From Myxococcota bacterium (GTDB lineage: Bacteria; Myxococcota_A; SURF-8; G963663525), in NCBI GenBank assembly GCA_963676915.2, contig CAXXVK010000030.1, positions 28,978 to 92,977 on the forward strand: DNA of 64,000 nucleotides, in the 5' to 3' direction. Below, piece after piece: positions 62,201 through 64,000 of the stretch; positions within the stretch are counted from its first letter, which is position 1; each line of letters starts with the position of its first letter. The notes beneath the pieces were generated by a model. It ran no database searches. It was not told the DNA's origin and was given only the letters and a program-made list of their open reading frames with translations. A program made the translations under genes and the position numbers.

Positions 62201-63365
62201 CGAAACCACCCAGTCCGAATATGCGTCGTTGACAGGCTGGAATCCCTCCATCAACACAAGCTGCGGATCGGATTGCCCAGTGGAAGGACTAACCTGGTAC
62301 GACATGGCGGCTTATCTGAATCGGATGTCGATTGAGGCCGGACTACCGACCTGCTACGAGTTTTCGAACGTCACCTGTATCGACGATACTTTCGTGGGTA
62401 GCGACTACATGAGCTGCCACAACAATCCCACCAACGGCATTTTCACCGCAACGCTTACGCTAAACGGCATTTCTTCCGTCTACGATTGCCTCGGATATCG
62501 TTTCCCGACCGATGCCGAATGGGAATACGCGGCGCGTGCCGGAACGCAAACATCGTTTTACGGTGGGATGATCGATCAGGAATGGTGCGAAGAAGACAGC
62601 CTCGATCCCTACGCCTGGTATTGCGGCAATGCGGAAAACCAGATGCATCCGGTGGGTCAGTTGGAGCCCAATTCATGGGAACTCTACGACATGATCGGCA
62701 ATGCTTCCGAAGCCGTCTGGAACCAATGGTTCGAAGGCGCTCCCGTCGACGCGATTGACCCGGAAAACGGGACTAGTTTCAACCGTATCGTGCGTGGTGG
62801 GGCTTTTTCCTCCGGTTCGCAGGATTGTCGCTCGGCCTCCAGGACCAGCACCCAGCCACCGCAGTATTCCAACAACACGATCGGTTTTCGAGCGGCTCGC
62901 TCGCTGCAAAGCCTGAGTCCGGCCTGCGATCCCGATCCTTGCAACGGAAACGGTCTGTGCGATCCGGTGACGGGAGCCTGTAGTTGTTGGGAAGGCTTTG
63001 CGGGAGAATCCTGCGATCAATGCGAAGAAGGACGAGGAAATTATCCGGTTTGCTACTATTCGCCGTGGGTCTACGATATCCGCGACGATTGCACGATTCA
63101 GTGCTATCCGGGCGATCCTGTGACGATCAGCTTCAATCATCGCTACGCCGAATCCTGGAGCGCTTCGGTAGAGATTTATTCGGGGTCGGGAACGCCCGGA
63201 ACCGTCTCGCCGTCAAGCGGCACCATCTCGAACAGCAATACGGTGCATTTCACTTACACACCGGGAACGGGAAATTCGGGGGGATTCCAGGTGCTTCTCA
63301 CGGTAGAGGTCGAAGGACCGGGCGGCACTTCGTCGGCCGGAAAAAGGCTGTATATCACGCCGTAA
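59202..63365 (+). CDS. Large lipoprotein: acidic linker, LVIVD propeller, EGF-like repeats, FGE-sulfatase (SUMF1) domain, C-terminal beta-rich domain
   Basis: Lipobox VSAC; LVILDV/YVADG repeats; CDPDPC EGF modules; FTMGSP, RFPTDAEWEYAARAG, LYDMIGN, RGG, IGFR. Confidence 0.88.
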   Translation: MNWKLQRLICLLFLLFFVSACGSGDGGSDSNLPEGDQEISEYTDTDLDLDAVVEQDIQEEIPEEETDVPTESEQDADLDADDDVTDTAENEESIEQDEDVAEQEELAPPEECDPILASSLGGVPYDFQVDTDNFLLHVARGAGGYQIFGMDDSAHPELLVRVDLPGEAVAIQVEENLAYIAYYEWDLDGFVGGLAIYDIEDPNAPQFVGQAETNRRKPYRDIMIRGDVAYLTNGDTGLAVIDITDKSSPRWFFAILPDRELGDMALVGDTLLIADTTSTLGSLQIVDISDALYPNSTGTYTALESANGLSLWEETLYVADGYGGIVLLDVSTPDSPQPLETISSNSQYVYDVDFDGETLAAAVRGEVLTLTKSEDDYWQTSHRLTARNPRKIKNIGELLVVASNAGYGDRMRWYGSLDLIQLPPEEPARKIGSLPRLDSALSLARWGDTLFVAEAECSVGLPQDCEGSLNLFDVSDENHPQLLSRTSLEEAQDVVVDGEYAYVADGEHGLVILDVQDPMNPVSVTGHNLPGQAVDVALAGDYLFVANGTYGLDVYELGREPFLSYIRHIQASQFIGQVGTSRGTVVFADSRFLYTYSFDELNDLESDEPWQATAQFELIGAPISMHVSNEMAYIGTIGHYLQIVSLADPLNPVSLGTFQFDDEPRDMYKQGDILYVANNLQGLIVLDVSDPSAPFIETRFDTLGYAQDVLFAKGFAAVADDDGGLLLLETRCPCATGYTGGYCELCDESLGFSMAPDGFRCQEDPCLPNPCQDENRSICRSDLWGYPLCFCDDGMREYADGGCRPIAPCASDTTCSEQYRFCMEENGYAVCGNCLPGTHEDDQTCVPDQDCLPTSCAGNGQCEDAGDTVTCTCNEGYALPHCQACDASGGWHLSGDGVTCTQDLCDPDPCNMRGECQAEDGSCICETRFSGEQCESCADSELIWPNCYAEEELTDDFAMIGRGKFTMGSPADEPFRAEYTYDVELLHHVTLTRDFEISQYETTQSEYASLTGWNPSINTSCGSDCPVEGLTWYDMAAYLNRMSIEAGLPTCYEFSNVTCIDDTFVGSDYMSCHNNPTNGIFTATLTLNGISSVYDCLGYRFPTDAEWEYAARAGTQTSFYGGMIDQEWCEEDSLDPYAWYCGNAENQMHPVGQLEPNSWELYDMIGNASEAVWNQWFEGAPVDAIDPENGTSFNRIVRGGAFSSGSQDCRSASRTSTQPPQYSNNTIGFRAARSLQSLSPACDPDPCNGNGLCDPVTGACSCWEGFAGESCDQCEEGRGNYPVCYYSPWVYDIRDDCTIQCYPGDPVTISFNHRYAESWSASVEIYSGSGTPGTVSPSSGTISNSNTVHFTYTPGTGNSGGFQVLLTVEVEGPGGTSSAGKRLYITP

Positions 63366-63394
63366 GAGGGATTGCGCCAGGAGTTGGGACTTTA

Positions 63395-63587
63395 CGTCCG
63401 AATAGACATGACGAATCACTTGCGACTTGAAAACTCTTGATCTTTCACTCGTTTCACGATTTTCATCCGTGGCAGACTCTATAGGTGGCAGACTCTATAG
63501 TATGTCTACGGGTGCAAATCGCTCCAACCTCTTGAAAGTTCTTCGGTTTCCAGTGTCTCGTTATGATTTTCATGAATAATCCGGGCC
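63395..63587 (+). mobile_element. MITE-like repeat, copy C
   Basis: CGACTTGAAAACTCTTGATCTTTCACTCGTTTC matches the left arm of copy A; CTTCGGTTT...TCTCGT...TTCATGAATAATCCGGGC matches the right arm and TIR. Confidence 0.7.
63469..63500 (+). repeat. Perfect 16-bp tandem duplication inside copy C
   Basis: GTGGCAGACTCTATAG occurs twice in tandem. Confidence 0.9.
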
Positions 63588-63824
63588 ATCCGCTCGAGAC
63601 GGTACGGTTTCCAAATCTTTTTTCACGAATAGCGTCGACCTCTATACATTTTGCCAGCTATTAGATTCTTTTGATCGTCGCTGTACTTTTTTTTCGAAAA
63701 TGGTACAATTCTGCCCGTTTGTGACGACTTTTTTACACTATTCCACATGACCGAGTTCTTTTTCCCCGATATTTTTTTCGGAAAAGAACGACGTATTGTC
63801 GTTGTCATGAAGCGAGGGAAATTT

Positions 63825-64000
63825 ATGAATACGACCTTGAAAAAGCTGTTTATTCTCTGGTTTGTTGCCCTTCTGTGGGGTTGCGGTGGCAATGATGTTG
63901 TTATGTCATATGAAGGTCAAGGGGATTCGGACAACGATTCGAGCGTTTCCGGGGAAAACAATGAAGGGCTTCCGTCAACTCCCTGCAATCCCAATCCATG
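63825..64000 (+). CDS. 5' part of another EGF-module lipoprotein (runs off the window)
   Basis: MNTTLKKLFILWFVALLWGC lipobox, acidic linker, then PCNPNP. Confidence 0.7.
   Translation, partial: MNTTLKKLFILWFVALLWGCGGNDVVMSYEGQGDSDNDSSVSGENNEGLPSTPCNPNP

Noticed and set aside
62060-62910. Diversity-generating retroelement targeting the FGE or C-type lectin domains
   Set aside because: No reverse transcriptase or template repeat in the window, and the FGE domain is not C-terminal.
58769-64000. Integrative element or prophage at the tRNAs
   Set aside because: No integrase, phage genes or duplicated tRNA 3' end in the window.

Overview
Bacterial chromosomal window, probably from a Myxococcota/deltaproteobacterial-type organism (inferred from a MYXO-CTERM-like tail, acidic-linker lipoproteins and a Hanks kinase-WD40 protein). 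Housekeeping content: a CoA-transferase-GNAT fusion, the fadN-fadA beta-oxidation operon with a FadR(YsiA)-like operator, lon, hemL/hemC, uvrC, a Ni/Co transporter, an AlkD-like gene, a complete moxR-DUF58-batABCDE operon, an S9A peptidase, and tRNA-Lys/tRNA-Glu. Between these lie many large exported, Cys-rich modular proteins (EGF-like, lamin-tail, C-type lectin, LVIVD propeller, FGE-sulfatase, M6 protease). Seven single-base indels break or fuse otherwise intact genes, most likely consensus errors. The best candidates for something new are (i) an unannotated sigma54-type transcription unit at about 51056-51611 (minus strand): a ~530-nt RNA with two long-range stems enclosing CAUC-rich and pyrimidine-rich loops, a 32-aa sORF and a terminator; (ii) a three-copy MITE-like element with conserved arms and different central inserts; and (iii) a shuffled family of EGF-module surface lipoproteins. 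No CRISPR array, integrase, transposase or reverse transcriptase was seen. All calls were made by eye, without database searches.
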